Source: Salisapilia sapeloensis CBS 127946 (taxonomy: Eukaryota > Protista > Oomycota). Taken from it: DNA of 64,000 bases. Position numbers and translations under genes: made by a program. The notes under the pieces were generated by a model that was not told where the DNA came from, did no database searches, and saw nothing but the letters and a program-made list of their open reading frames with translations. The stretch is taken from NCBI GenBank assembly GCA_023334545.1, contig JAADVB010000054.1, forward strand, positions 24,063 through 88,062, written 5' to 3'. Shown here in pieces: positions 45,944-59,375 of this stretch; within the stretch, counting starts at the first letter, position 1, and each line of letters opens with the position of its first letter.

Positions 45944-47998
45944 ATGTCGAGAGAAGAAGTACCGGTTCCAGCACATACGGTATTGCAAGGGTATTTGCAC
46001 AAGCAGGTATATGTGATAGATGTAGTGGGTACATCGGAATGGGTTCTCATGATGCTTTGGTGTCTGTAGAGCAAGCATTTAAAGTTATGGAAGGTCCGAT
46101 ACTTTATCCTTGCATCGGTATGGTTTATATTTTGCTATCTGTTGAATGGGATTCTATGGATGTGTATGGCTTATATGGTATGGCATAGAATGTCCTCTTG
46201 TACTCGCACAAGTCGGGCAAAAAGGCTCGTATCTGCGCCAAGTTACACAATACTGCTATCGTACGTCTACTAGCTGCTTCATAACTATCTTCTGTTGACA
46301 AGAGTATGTGGTGTGCTAGGTGGATGATCAAAATGCGGTTCAGCATGCGAATAATTATGTCTTCGAGCTGCGTCTTCCGTCTCGAAATGTCTACCTGAGT
46401 GCATCCACTGAACAGGAGCGACAGCAATGGGTATCAGCACTACGATCATGCAGTCCAAATTCAGAGGCATCCGTCATCCTCGAATCTCGACCATCCCTGC
46501 CGATGGTTCGCTTACCATCGGACTCGACACTTTCAGTATACAATAAACCGCGTAGATCCTTTATCAAGCATCGTAAAAAGGGTTCGAAAGACCGAAAAGC
46601 TGAACGAAAGCGTCAGACTTTACCCAAACTTCGTAAATCGTTCATCGAGACTTGGAACACCGAGATTCTTCCGACGTACCCCAACGCCGATACGACCTTA
46701 ACGGAAGGTCTGTGCTTTGTCGGTATTCCAAAGCAAATCCGTGGTCGTGTCTGGTCTGCTCTACTCGGCAATAAGCTCCAAATAAGCGAAGATTTGTTTA
46801 GTATTTGTAAATCAAGGGCAGAAGCCGTTCGGATGGAAATGGCTTTAAAGAAAGAAACGGATGGCGTCGTTGCCAAGTCTACGCATAAAGAATCTGGAAG
46901 TAGTATGTCCAGTGGCGTCACGTCTGCTGCTGACAGTGGTTCTCAAGATCTGACAGAGCCAGTGGATCCGATTGTAGAGGAGAAGGAGGATGATAATCGA
47001 CTCTTGTATGAAGCAGTGGAAGTCGCTGATAAACTCGTGTCGAAAGCAGAGAGAAGTATTCGACTGATAGATGTCGATATGCCTCGAACGTTTGGTCATC
47101 ATCCTCTTTTTCAGCCAGGAGCAGACGGGTATGAGAAGACGGTGGAAGTGTTGGAAGCATATATTTGCTATCGACCAGATCTCGGGTACGTCCAAGGGAT
47201 GAGCTACCTTGCAGCAGCTCTGTGCTTCCACATGGATACCTTTTCTGCGTTCAAAGCGCTTGTATCATTACTTAGTAGTAGTCTACTCTTCGACCTCTTC
47301 CGAATGGGACCGAAGAGAGTATGTCTATCGTTTGTTGTATTGAGCTTCTCGACTAATGAAGGCAATGTAGACTTTCCACTACCTCGACACGTATAAGAAA
47401 TTGCTCGAGTTTGAACTACCGACACTCGCGGCTCACTTTGAAGACCAGGGCATTGATGCTCAGATGTATGCTGTGGACTGGTATGCACTCGTACATGTCC
47501 GCATGGATCTACGCTTGTATTAATTTTGATTCAATAGGATGTTGACATTATTTACTCGGAGTCTGCCTTTGGAATTGGCGTTCCGGATATGGGACTGCTA
47601 TGTCTACCTTGGCTCTCCTTTCTTTTTCCAGGCTAGTCTCGGTAAGAGAATTTCGAGTAGCAAGCCACTGTCTTTAGCTTAATTTGTATTGGTGTTGCTA
47701 GGACTGCTAGGACTGCATGAGGATGTACTATTAACGATGGAGGCACAGGATATCAATTACCTTCTTCATAACTTTCCAAAAGTACGTGTCGGCGTGATGT
47801 GGCTAGTTTGTCCGTAGGATACTTATCTTGTATGAATAGGATTTGTCATCGAGAAGTGTTTTCGAAGCGATTTCGAATATATCGCTTTCGTGTAAAGAGA
47901 TTGACGATGTGCTGCGAGGTGGGACGCTTGAGCCGTGGTCTCCGGATGATGCAGAAGAACACGAAACGGAGTTTACGTACCCCGATACGTACGACTAG
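45944..47998 (+). CDS. PH domain plus TBC (Rab-GAP) domain protein, multi-exon
   Basis: Exon 1 MSREEVPVPAHTVLQGYLHKQ|gt. PH end YLSASTEQERQQW..AL. TBC motifs GIPKQIRGRVW, IDVDMPRTF, YRPDLGYVQGMSYL and W.LTLF.R.LP. Confidence 0.88.
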
Positions 47999-48131
47999 CG
48001 CAATGGTCGCGATGTAGTGAATAATGTAAAATGTCATGTCGTAAGTGGTGGGTTTAATGTGCTGATGTTCATGCTATAATTAAATTGTAACCTACCTTGG
48101 TGTAACCTGAGCTTGAGATATAAGCAAGTTA

Positions 48132-49148
48132 ATGCGTGAAGACGCAGCTGGTTCTAGCTGGTCTTGTTGTCTTTGGTATTGCTCATTGAATGCTTGCTAT
48201 CATCCTCCTATATCAGTGATGGAAACGGCTATGCACTTATTCATGCACTCGAAACGTCGACAGATACCCAGCAACAAATTATATCTAAGTGAATGCAAGA
48301 ATGAATATATTAGGTGAGCTGAGAAATCCCACTTGGTCGTTACAGCTTCTTCCCATTTTCATTCAAGATTGCCAAGGATGGAGTGGAACTTGGCAAGTGG
48401 CTTTTGTTCGATCTAACTTTACCAGACACTAAAGGCACGTAGAGAATATTGGTGCTGTAGCGGGGATGAACGATAAGAAATGTAGCGAGTAACATGGTCA
48501 TTGTTGAAACCGAAATGCCATAGCAGTGGAAAGCATCCAAAGGGTATGTCTGAGCGTCTGGGGATATTTAAAAGACATACTGACTGGCGCTCTTTTAAAT
48601 GAAGCTGCACACGAAATGAGCACTATTATTCTAGAAGTGGTGGGCGATGTGAATCAGTATATCATATTCTTAATCATGCGCTAGTTGTGATGCGGATTCC
48701 ATCAAGTATTATTTGAACATCTTGATTAGCCAAGGGCATGGTGGAAACTCCTTTTGATGTGCTCTCCGACTCCAATCGTGACCTCTTCGTACTTGGTTAT
48801 TCAATGTCCACGAGAAGATCTCAGGCTTTGCATAATCTGTAGGCAGCAAATGACACCGGCAATGCTAATCAAAACCAAAATTCAATGGAAGGCATGTCTA
48901 CGGCAACAAAGCATCTAGTGGATGACGGACACGTCTTCGAGTCCGCCTATAGTATAAGGCAGCTTACAGACGATTTACACAGCATTCACAGATGCTAATA
49001 AGGACAGTAAGTCGGCAACCTTCATGTGGAGGAAATGCTAGAGTAGTCTTCGATCCAGAGGAAGCTACGAAGTATACGCGAGCTATTTGACGTGATGCAA
49101 GAAACGGCTTGTTCTAACAAAGATATGTTGCTCTTGTTCAAGAGTTAG
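48132..49148 (+). CDS. Probable small multi-exon gene of unknown function, not captured by the ORF track
   Basis: Phase-compatible exons 48953-49006 (YKAAYRRFTQHSQMLIRT|gtaagt) and 49047-49148 (SSIQRKLRSIRELFDVMQ...FKS*). Further open exon-like segments at 48132-48175, 48217-48288 and 48346-48434. The middle of the model is unresolved. Confidence 0.45.
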
Positions 49149-49154
49149 ACGATA

Positions 49155-51268
49155 TCAAAGGTTGGCAATCTCTTCTTCAATCGCACCAACCCATTGCTCA
49201 GCTAGGTTCCCAGTGTCCGTGATACGATACGTTCCTGAGAACTAGACACGACGTCAATTAAAGAGCCTGTATCAAGTACAAGAAGAGAATGTACCGAAGT
49301 GATTTCGAATGTGTGTGGGTTGACGATCGTTGTTTTCGTGTCCTTCGTCAAGACAATATCCTTTTTATACGTTGCAGTCCATGACCCGAGCATCACCAGT
49401 CTTGGTTGGTCTGTCAATACGAGCTACCATGCATATTAGTATACTCTTTCTATACGAGTAGAAGCACAAGGGCAAGGTACTTCTCGATTCCGGTTAAACA
49501 TGCGTGCGTGGATTTTTACTTTGCCTTCGAAAAGAATCACTTCGTCTGGTGCAAGACACGTAGGACGTTTGATGGTAGTGGAGCCCATGCTACTACTTCG
49601 TGATCTTCTTCCGCTGCCATTACTAGACACATGTTAATAATGTCGATGCCTAGTAGACGAATGAAAACGTACGCAGACGACATGAGGTCTTCATAGGTAC
49701 TAGTGGAGAATGCGTCATCGGTAAAGTACTCTGCGACTGCCCAATTCTCAGATGCTCCGTCCTAGTAGCATGGGTTAGGCATGTGATCATCATTGACAAG
49801 TACTAGTAACGTACGAGTCGAGGCTCTGGTAGATCAAGAGGAGGAGGAGTGTAGGGAGGAGTCTGCTTGTCTAGATCCTCCCATTCGATGCCTTCAAAGA
49901 AAGGATGTTCCTACAGTCACAGCTGCATCAGATGGAGAAAAGAGTAAAGGCTGGATGGAAAGTACCTTGAGAGCAGCATACCCTTCTTCGTCTTGTGAAG
50001 CACCTAGCCGTTCGTCCGGGTTCTAGTACAAGCATGAAATGAGCTGATATGCTAGATTAGATAGCTAAGAAGACATACGACGACAAGTAGCTTTCGAATG
50101 AGGTCTTGTGCCTGCTCTGGGATAGTGGAAGGCAAGATTAGACTTTCGTTTGTGTGGTTCATGATCTCCTGGAACGTCAAGTAGTCGTTCTCAGCGACAA
50201 ACGGCGTCCTCCCTGTATGCATCTATCAGGAGCTCAGAGATGTATGCATTGGGTTCTTGAAAGTAGGAGAGAGTTACTTCATGAATGACACAAGCTAGAG
50301 CCCAGAGATCACAGGCTCTTGTAACTGGTTCGTCTCGCAATACTTCCGGAGAGAGGTACATGACAGTACCACAGAATTGGTTTGTCGTCCGTTCTTTATC
50401 CATTTGATCCTGCGGAAATGTAGATGAGGATTGAATACATCAAGCACGTAAGAGTGGTAGACATACCTTTGCACTGCCGAAATCACACAACTTCAAGTGT
50501 CCTTCTTGCCTATTCCATGAGAATAAGTCTTGTCCTTGAAGTGTCGAGAGGTAGGATCGTACGTTAATAGCATGTTGTCTGGCTTGACGTCCCGATGGAT
50601 GACACCCTGTGCATGGGCATGGAATCAATCGCTCTTGTCGAATTACTTTTCGGCTCGAAGGACAGACGTACATTTGAATGGATGTATTCGAGTGCTTGAA
50701 CAAGCTCCGCGACATAGAACTGTGTCGTAACGTCGTCGCAGGCCTTGTCGTCAAGTCCCTTGGCTGCGTTTTCAGCATAGCTGTCTCTACGTCATGGTTA
50801 GTATATCAGATCGAGGGCGAGTGCACGCGACATACTTGATGACGTTGAGTATGTCACCTCCTTTAGCTAGTTCCATGGCTAGATAGAGACTCTGTCCATC
50901 CTACTCGCGTGTAATCAGCATCTAGAGGTCGTCATCATACTCTATCCAAGTGTGTACTTTAAAAGCGCAATAGAATTTGACGACATGTGGATGATTCAAT
51001 CGCTTGAGTACATTTCGTTCAGTCATGACGAAAACCTCCTTCTTCTCTCGCCTGATGAAGCTCTTGTCCATAACTTTTACAGCAAACTCCTTCCGAGAGT
51101 TCTTCATTCGAGCGTGAAAGACCTGCCCATCACAATAGCACGATTATATACGCTCGACTTGTCTCCTAGTCATTTTAATCGTACCTTGGCATAAGACCCT
51201 TGACCGAGTAGATTCCCAAAGAGGAAATCACTTGCAGTAGGCATCCCATCCCCACTCACAGGCGCCAT
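49155..51268 (-). CDS. PDK1: 3-phosphoinositide-dependent protein kinase 1 (AGC kinase with C-terminal PH domain), many exons
   Basis: DFLFGNLLGQGSYAK, FAVKVMDK, IHRDVKPDNML, KLCDFGSAK, FCGTVMYLSPE and DLWAL. The PH domain has an EVILFEGKV segment and a last exon GTYRITDTGNLAEQWVGAIEEEIANL* (TGA 49157-49155). Confidence 0.9.
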
Positions 51269-51459
51269 CGTCCTACAAACGTTCTTTGCATCGACGACGA
51301 CCTGTATGACTCATGTTGATTGGTTTAAATTACATAATTAATAGCCAATTGAAAGAACTAGCTCGTATCCACTTAAAATTTGTATCGGGATCGCTATACG
51401 CCAGAAACAAAGTTGGAAAGAAGCGTTCGAGGGGGAGGAAGAGAATCTCGATCTTGGCG

Positions 51460-54400
51460 ATGGTCTCCTTCGCGTCGCCACTTTTCTGGCAGATCCAGTA
51501 CCTCGTGACGACGCTCAGTAAGAAGAACTTTAAAACCAGTGTCGCAGAGCTGAATCAGCTCGTTGGACTCTACGGGGAAGACGCCCGCATCTTTTTGCTC
51601 AACTGCCTCGTGCGCGAAGTGGATTTTAAAGATGCACGGAGTCAACAAAAGGATGCTTTGAAACTACAGTTACTTTCACACGAGATCGCTCAAGCGTCTT
51701 CTCGACCGAATTTTACGACGTTTATTTGTGAAGTACGCTTTTTGAATAGCTATCGACATGTGCGCATGTACTAATCGACGCTTGTAGGCCATTGAAAGCA
51801 GTGCTGAGGATAGTCAAGAACCTCCGGCTAGTATATCCGTGACGGAAGACTTTTTGCACGTCTTTTGTCGCACGTTACGACTGAATCTGCCGCAGCAGCT
51901 CACCATTGGTCTTGCGTTCGCCCAAGGATCCAAGCAGACGACCACGACGTCCGAAGCAGTCGCCTTCTTACGGTCGAAAGTACCTGAAATAGCTGGATGT
52001 GGTGCGAAACTGCCGCCAGATGTGCTCCATGCACTCGTCTACGTCCTTCGTGTCAAGGACGAGTTCCGGACGGACGTTGCAGAGACGGATTCCTTCATCG
52101 CGAGCATCGCTGCGTCGCATCCGAGTGACATGGGGTCTATGGAGATGACGCCATTGACGATGGGCGAGCCGGATTATGTCGATTGCCAAGATCTTGGCGA
52201 AGCAGACGTCATGCTCAAGCTCGTGAACGATGTGGCGCATAGCTGTGTCTTCTATCAGCTCATGGAGGACGTCGGGTATGCTTGTACGGCGTCTCCGCAA
52301 GCCTTTCGAACGCTCTTGGCAGAAGCTGGCCTGCAGAAAGCACCGACCATTCCTCCCGCGCAAGTCGCAGGTATGCTCGAGATGCTGTCTCGTACGTGCA
52401 AAGGCTTGGATAACTCGAGCAGTGCGACGCTCATGGCCGACTTGCCAGAAGTGTATGAAGCCAGTGCGGGGAACTTGGACGATGACAATGACGTGCAGCG
52501 CACGAGCTCATTGACGACGTGGAACATGGGTGTGATCGTCGAGGTGTTGCATGCAGACTATCCGTCCATCAAGTGGACGAAAGTAGCGGATAAACTAGAC
52601 CAGGAAGGAATTTTCGTCGAAAGCGCAGCGCAGTTGAAAGTGTTGCTGTCGGCGTTTGAACAGTTGGCGCAGACCAAGTTTAAGGTCGCGACGCTCTTGC
52701 GGCCATGGAAGCACGCGAGAGCGCAGCTGAGCTTCCTTCGAGCAGCGATCGAGTGTCCACCGGACGTGATCTCCTTTACCGACAGTCCGAACAAACTGTC
52801 GCCGTTTGAAGGCGCAGACGCATCCGCCGTACCAGCCAACGGTGTCTGGTTCTCTCTCGACGTTGTCGAGACGTTGTTGAGTCTCTCGGAAAAGGATTGT
52901 TATGGCGATGTACGTCGCGTATTTGAATCGGCCGTCAAGACGTGTCCGGATGTCTTGATCGCGAACCTCGCATTAGCGCAGACCCATTGGAATGGTCTTC
53001 GTGACGACGTCTTCTCCGAGTTGTTTAATTCGTATATTGCTGGTCGATCCAATACGCCTGCGATGATGCGTCATCTGTGGTCTGTAGCACCCAAGCTCGT
53101 CTTGTACGCTAGTGTCAAGTGTTTTTACGCCGCGACGTCATCCACGACGCTCCATCGACTCTTTGTGCTCTTCCGATCGACGGGAGATTCGCTTTCTTCT
53201 GCTATTCACTCGAACTACTTTTCCTTTGCGTTAGCTCTCGCTGTCGTAGGTGCGAACCAGAATGAAGTGAACCTCGAGAGTTGGCTCGTTGAACGTCTCG
53301 CAGCGCAACGCACTGCCTTTGCCACATCGTGTCTTGCCTTTGTCCATCGAAACTATGCGCGTGCAATCCCGAAAGCCCAAGTCACGGCACAGACGGCACA
53401 TTTGCTATCGATCGAGTCGCTTGCGCTTATTTTGAAGAGTGTGATGGCGATCCAGTCTGCTCTGCCGTCGACAGTGACGCAGGAGCTGAGACGCATCGCG
53501 ACGTTGTGCATGGAAGCGCATCCGGTGATCTCGTCTGCAACACGTTCTCAGAATGAAAGCGTCAGCTCCGTTGCGTCTGCACCTGCCGACGTGAATAGTC
53601 GTAGCGATACGAGTGAGAGCACGGCGAGTTACACGGCGGAAATGATTGAAGAGCAGGCGAACGCGTACTTTCAGCAGATTTACACGAGTGAGCAGAACAT
53701 TAACGACGTGGTGGCGATGCTCAAGCGTTTCCATAGCTCTCGTGAAGAGCGTGAGCGACAGATTTTCTACTGTATGATCCACAATTTGTTCGACGAGTAC
53801 CGTTTCTTCCCTCGGTATCCCGAAGCAGAGCTGCGTATTACTGGTGTGCTCTTTGGAAAGCTCATTGAGCATCAAGTCTTGCCTCCGAACTTTTTACAAA
53901 CAGCTCTGCGCAGTGTCCTCGAGAGTCTGCGTGAACCTGTGAACAGCAAGTTCTTTTTCTTCGGTGCCTGCGCGTTGCAGCAGTTTGTTCCGAGACTAGC
54001 GGAGATGCCAGCGTATTGTGCGAATTTGGGACAGATCCCACACTTGCAGCAAGCTCTGCCGGAGATTATGCGTCAAGTGAACCACGTGACAAGTAGCTCG
54101 AGTGCTCCTCCTGCACGTGAAGAAGTGGTGAAGAGTCCGGATGCTGCGGCCGAGACTGCTGCGGCGCAGATGACGCCAGCAGAAGAGATGCCGAGTCGGT
54201 CGCCATCTCCAAAGAAGGAGGAGAGACCGGTGCTGCAGGTGGATCATATCTTTGACAAGGAACTCGCGAGTGACGAGAACGAACCGATTGAACAGCCAGA
54301 GGAAAGTGTGCGTGATCGGATGAACTTGATTGTGAACAACCTGTCGCTTTCGAATCTCGATGCGAAGCTCCCGGAAGTGCAGCAGATGCTGTCGCAAGAG

Positions 54401-57400
54401 AACCATTACCCTTGGATGGCGAATTACCTCGTGGTAAAGCGCATTGCGACGCAACCAAACTACCATCCGATGTACATGGTGTTGATTGAGAAGCTGACAA
54501 AACCAGCGTTGGAGACGGAGATTCTCAAGAGGACGCTGCAGAACGCTAGAAGACTCTTGACGTCCAGTACGATCACGACGAATACGCAACAGCGTTCGTT
54601 ATTGAAGAATCTCGGCTCATGGCTTGGTCTCTTGACGTTATCTCGTGATAAACCGTTGCTACAGAGTGATTTAGATTTGAAAGAACTCTTGTACGTCGGG
54701 TATGAGTCTGGTCATTTAATCGCCGTGACGCCGTTCGTGGCGAAAGTCCTGGAAGGATGTAAGAAGTCCAAGATCTTTAAACCTCCGAATCCATGGATCA
54801 TGGGACTCATTCACGCCATGAGTGAGATCTATGACGTCCCGGATCTCAAGCTCAACCTTAAATTTGAGATTGAAGTGCTCTTCAAGTCGTTTAAACTCAA
54901 CGTCGAAGAGCAACGTAAGGCCAACTTGCTGCACACACGTAAGAGTCCGCCGCGTGTCGCGAATCCGGACTTTAACATGAAGACAGGCAAGGTGACGAGA
55001 GCTGCGACGCCTCCGCTCGCGAACCAGAAGGGCGGGAGACTTGGGAATACGCCGTCGAAGGGCAAGCCGGAGGGGTACGCTCCGTCCGGTAGTCCTCCAT
55101 CTGCCAACTACCCTCCGTCGTCTGTCAGCTCTCCTATGGCTGAGTCGACTGTCATCCCGAATCTCGCGTCGTACGTGGCTGTGAACCCGGACCTGCCGCT
55201 GCATAACGTGAACCTCAAGCGTCTAGTACCATTAGCAGTGGATCGAGCGATTCGAGAAGTCATTTCGCCCGTGGTCGAACGCTCGGTGACGATCGCTTGC
55301 ATCACGACTCGAGAGCTCATTTTGAAGGACTTTGCGGCAGAACCGGATGAAGCCAAGATGCGCAAGGCAGCACACTTGATGGTCGGTAGTCTATCTGGCT
55401 CCTTGGCGCTTATCACGGCGAAAGAGCCTTTACGAACGTCGATTGGAAACCACTTACGTGCTCTTATGCCGACATCTGCAGCTGATGCACAGCATGTCGA
55501 ACACGTTGTTGTGACTTGTTCGAACGAAAACACGGATCTTGGATGCATGTTGATCGAGAAAGCGTCGTCGGAGAAGGCGATGCGTGATATTGACGAAGCG
55601 TTGACAGCTTCCTATGCTGCTCGTCGTCGTCATGCGTCGCAGAATAAGACATCTGATAGTGTCACGTACTTTGAGAATGCGAGTCAACCACCAGAGAATC
55701 TACCGAAAGTCTTCCATCCGAAAGCTGGTGGCGTGCCGACGCAACAGTTGCAAGTGTACGAGAGTTTCCAACGTATTCCACGTCCGACGTCGATGCCATT
55801 GTCAAGAGCGTATTCGAATGAAAAGGAGTCGGCAGGCGTGACGCTTCCTGCTGCGTTGGATCGATTCGCTGGTCTGATGGAAAAATTTGAAGTCTTTGTA
55901 CAGAACGTGGCGAGGCAAGCGACTGCTTCTCAACGTGAGATCCCGTCGCTATTGCATCTATCGGGAGATAGCGAAGTCTTCGTACTGCTTAAGGAAGTAC
56001 GCGCGTTAGGACAGAGCGTGAAGCCGAGTCTACGTGAAGAAGCGAGTGCGAAGATTGCGAATCGGATCGTCAAGTGCATGTACGAACTAGGTGCTGGTCG
56101 AGGCGATGGCTTGTTCCTTGAGATCATGGCGAGTGCATTGGAAGCGTTGAGTGCTTCGAATGAAAAGCTAAAGAAGGAAGTCGTGTCCTGGGTGCTGCAT
56201 ACGTCTGCGGACGATAAGCTCAAGCTGCATTGCGAAGTCATCGTCGCTCTCGTACGCTTTAAAGCTGCGGATCTACGGGACTTTGACATGTACTTGGCGA
56301 GGAACATGGAGCGGAATGGCGTCGCAGTCGAGTTTGCCGTACATGTCGTTCGACAGTGTCTTAGCATGGATCACGTGAACGTCTTGCAGAGTGCTCCGAC
56401 GACATTGGAAGCGCTCGCGAGGATCGTCGAACGACATGGTCCTCAGTCGAGTAATAAAAACGTACAGATCTTAGCAAATTTGCTAGAGCAAGTGCGTACG
56501 CAAAGACAGAAAGTGAAGAGTGGCAAGCCAGACCAAGCTGCGTTTCGTCACACAGTGAGCAACGCGTTGGAGCACTGGATTGCTGTCTGTAAAGACGCGT
56601 CAAATAACTCTAAGGTCCATGCACAGTACATGCAGATGCTCAAGCAGTACGGTCTCCTCGCGGATGATGAGAGCATGGCCTTGTTCTTCAAGTTCGGCAC
56701 CGAGTTGTGTGTCGATGCGTGTTTAAAGAACGCCAGGAGTCAGGATGAAGAGGCGCCGACGCTCAACTACGGCATCCTCGACGCACTCACTTACCTCATG
56801 TCGCTTTTAATTAAATACTTTGACCCGAGTGCGAGTGCCAAGCTGCAGGTGATGAACCACGCGGTCGGTGCCATTGCCAACGTCCTCGCGAGTGCCCATG
56901 AAGCCAGTCGCAAGCAACTCGCGACCTTTGACCAGCGCGTCTTCTTCCGTCTCCTCGCGAACCTCATGACAGAGCTGACCAAGGCCGATCCGGCGCTCGA
57001 AGCTGTGCAACTGCAGATCCTTAACACGTTTGCGAGTGCCTTGAACAGTCTGCAGCCACTGACACTCCCTGGCTTTGCCTTCGCTTGGACGGAATTGATT
57101 TCCCACCGTAGCTTCATGCCATTGCTGCTACGTGCGAAGAATCAGCGTGGATGGCAGATCCTCCATCGTCTTCTCTTGAACTTGTTTGTGTTTTTAGAAC
57201 CCTTTTTACGTCGAGCCGAATCGGAGCCACTGAGCGACTCGATTAGTGCACTCTACGATGGTGCCACACGTATCATATTAGTCCTCTTGCACGACTATCC
57301 CGAGTTCCTGTCGGAGTTTTACCCGAGCTTCTGTGACGTCCTCCCGTCATCTTGCGTCCAACTGCGTAACGTGATCCTATCAGCGTTCTCTCGGTCGATG

Positions 57401-58211
57401 CGACTGCCAGACCCGCTTACGGTCGGTCTCGAGATCTCCCAATTGCCGGAGGTGAGCGTCAGTCCGAAGCTCATGCCTGCTTGGGGCGCGGCGTTGCAGT
57501 ACAAGGGTCTGAAGGAGTACGTGGATGCGTTCTTGAAAGCACAGGAAGACCGATCGACCTACTTCCCCAAGGACATTGTGTCGAAGCTGCAGCGCCCGTC
57601 GGAACAATTGAGAGACTCGACGACAAGCAAGTATGCAGTGCCGGCGTTGAATGCGCTTGTGCTGTACCTTGGGAAGGAAGCGATTTCAGAGATGGCTGGT
57701 GCTGATGCCACGCAAGGCGCGAGCTTTGAACAAACTGCTTCGATGGAAGTGTTCCGGTACCTGGCGGAAGAGATGGATGCTGAAGGACGGTACTGGTTCT
57801 TTAGTTCCTTGGCGAACCATCTGAGGTACCCGAATGCCCACACGCACTACTTTAGCTGCGTGCTCTTGTACTTGTTCTCGAACTCTAGCAGGAAGCAGGT
57901 CAAGGAACAGATTACGCGCGTTTTGATTGAACGACTGATTGCCAAGCGTCCGCATCCGGTATGTTTTATGAAAGTAGATATGTATGTGTCGATGCTGATG
58001 GTTGTGGTTTGTCTAGTGGGGACTGCTGGTGACGTTTATCGAGCTCATTCGGAACAAGAGCTACAAGTTCTGGGAACAGGAGTTCCTCGAGTCTTCGGAC
58101 GAGATTAAAAAGATCTTTGATGACGTTGCGCGGACTTGCCTTGGCACGAGTGGCGAGTCGAAAGGCGATGTCGAAGCGTCTCGACCGACTGCCGAAGTGT
58201 CGAGCACGTAG
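51460..58211 (+). CDS. CNOT1: CCR4-NOT scaffold subunit NOT1, about 2250 aa, three exons
   Basis: N-terminal QIQYLVTTLSKKNFK, CMIHNLFDEYRFF..YP, LLKNLGSWLG, DRAIRE....VVERSV.IA, PGFAFAW.ELISHR, NHLRYPNAHTHYFS and PHP|WGLLVTFIELIRN. Introns 51733-51787 and about 57959-58017. Confidence 0.97.
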
Positions 58212-58464
58212 AAAGTTAAACGAATCCTAGGCTAGATGCATTTGGTAATTTCACCCCGGAATCGTGCTTGTACTACCTATCACAATACAAGGAAATTCTA
58301 TCCTACAACAGACTTGTTTGTATCTTTTGTCGTTTCCATCGATGTCGCTTAGGACGTAGTACTTGTGTCCTAGAGGCACTTAAGTCGGAAAAGAAAGATT
58401 TTAGAACGGCTTTCTTTTCTTTTTACGGCTGATCGCTATTCGACACAACATAGCAAAAAGCATC

Positions 58465-59326
58465 ATGCGAACGCCAATTACCAAGTAAGTCGTCTCTTCC
58501 TGTCTACATACAGCACCATCTAGCTGTTGTTTTTACATGTAAAAATATGCAGTGGATGTGGGGTCTTATTGATGGTCTGCTCTTGATATTATAGAGTCGT
58601 GCTGGTCCAAGACAGCAATATAACGCAAAAGTACCAGGAGCTATTGCGAAAGTTGGAGAGCATGGGCGGAGAACGCGTGGGCAGACACGTCGTGCATTGC
58701 CGACTATTTAACCGCAAGGCTCTGTCAGGTCCTTATAAATAGTTGGAATACTTGAAATCCCATTCTGATCCTCTTGTGGATGTGTCTTTGGAAAAGTAGG
58801 TTATACGAACCAGCGGATGCTCATGTTGCGCATGTCCCAGAACGAAGAGCGTGTGTATGCTGTCGTGATCAATGAAAAGAACAAGGCTGCATTGCCTACT
58901 AGCTCTGTCCTCGAGGCTCAATCAGAGGAATTATCTCTGCTCGAATGTGGACTCGAAGGCGCTACAATCCTTCAACAAGTCGAGATCTACGCCTTCAAGT
59001 CCGATGGACAGTTTGAAGGTGTGCGCTATGTCGTTGGCGACTTTGTCGTCAGTGTCTGTACACTCATGTCACGGAATAACGTTCCAAAGGGCCTCGTCGT
59101 GGAAGTTCAGTACTCTCCATGCTATACTGTCACGTCCGTCGACGCACTATTTGATGAGTTCCTCGCACAGTTCGCATCGAAAGAGAGCATTCGAAAGCCA
59201 TTGAACAACTTGAATGCGCTCTATGAGAAAGTTGGTCTGTCGACACTAGACTACTCGCTCAAGCACACAGCTCTCCAGTACGTCGCTGCCTACCACCTCA
59301 TTCGTAAGCTTGATACGCAACAGTAG
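58465..59326 (+). CDS. MED20: Mediator subunit 20, multi-exon
   Basis: Exon reading KYQELLRKLESMGGERVGRHVVHC, and G.RY.VGDFVVSV....KGLVVEVQYSPC...LFDEF, match the MED20 pattern. Confidence 0.82.
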
Positions 59327-59375
59327 GGAATACAGGTGCATTTGAGAAGTTTCTTTCTATCATTCGTGTTATATC

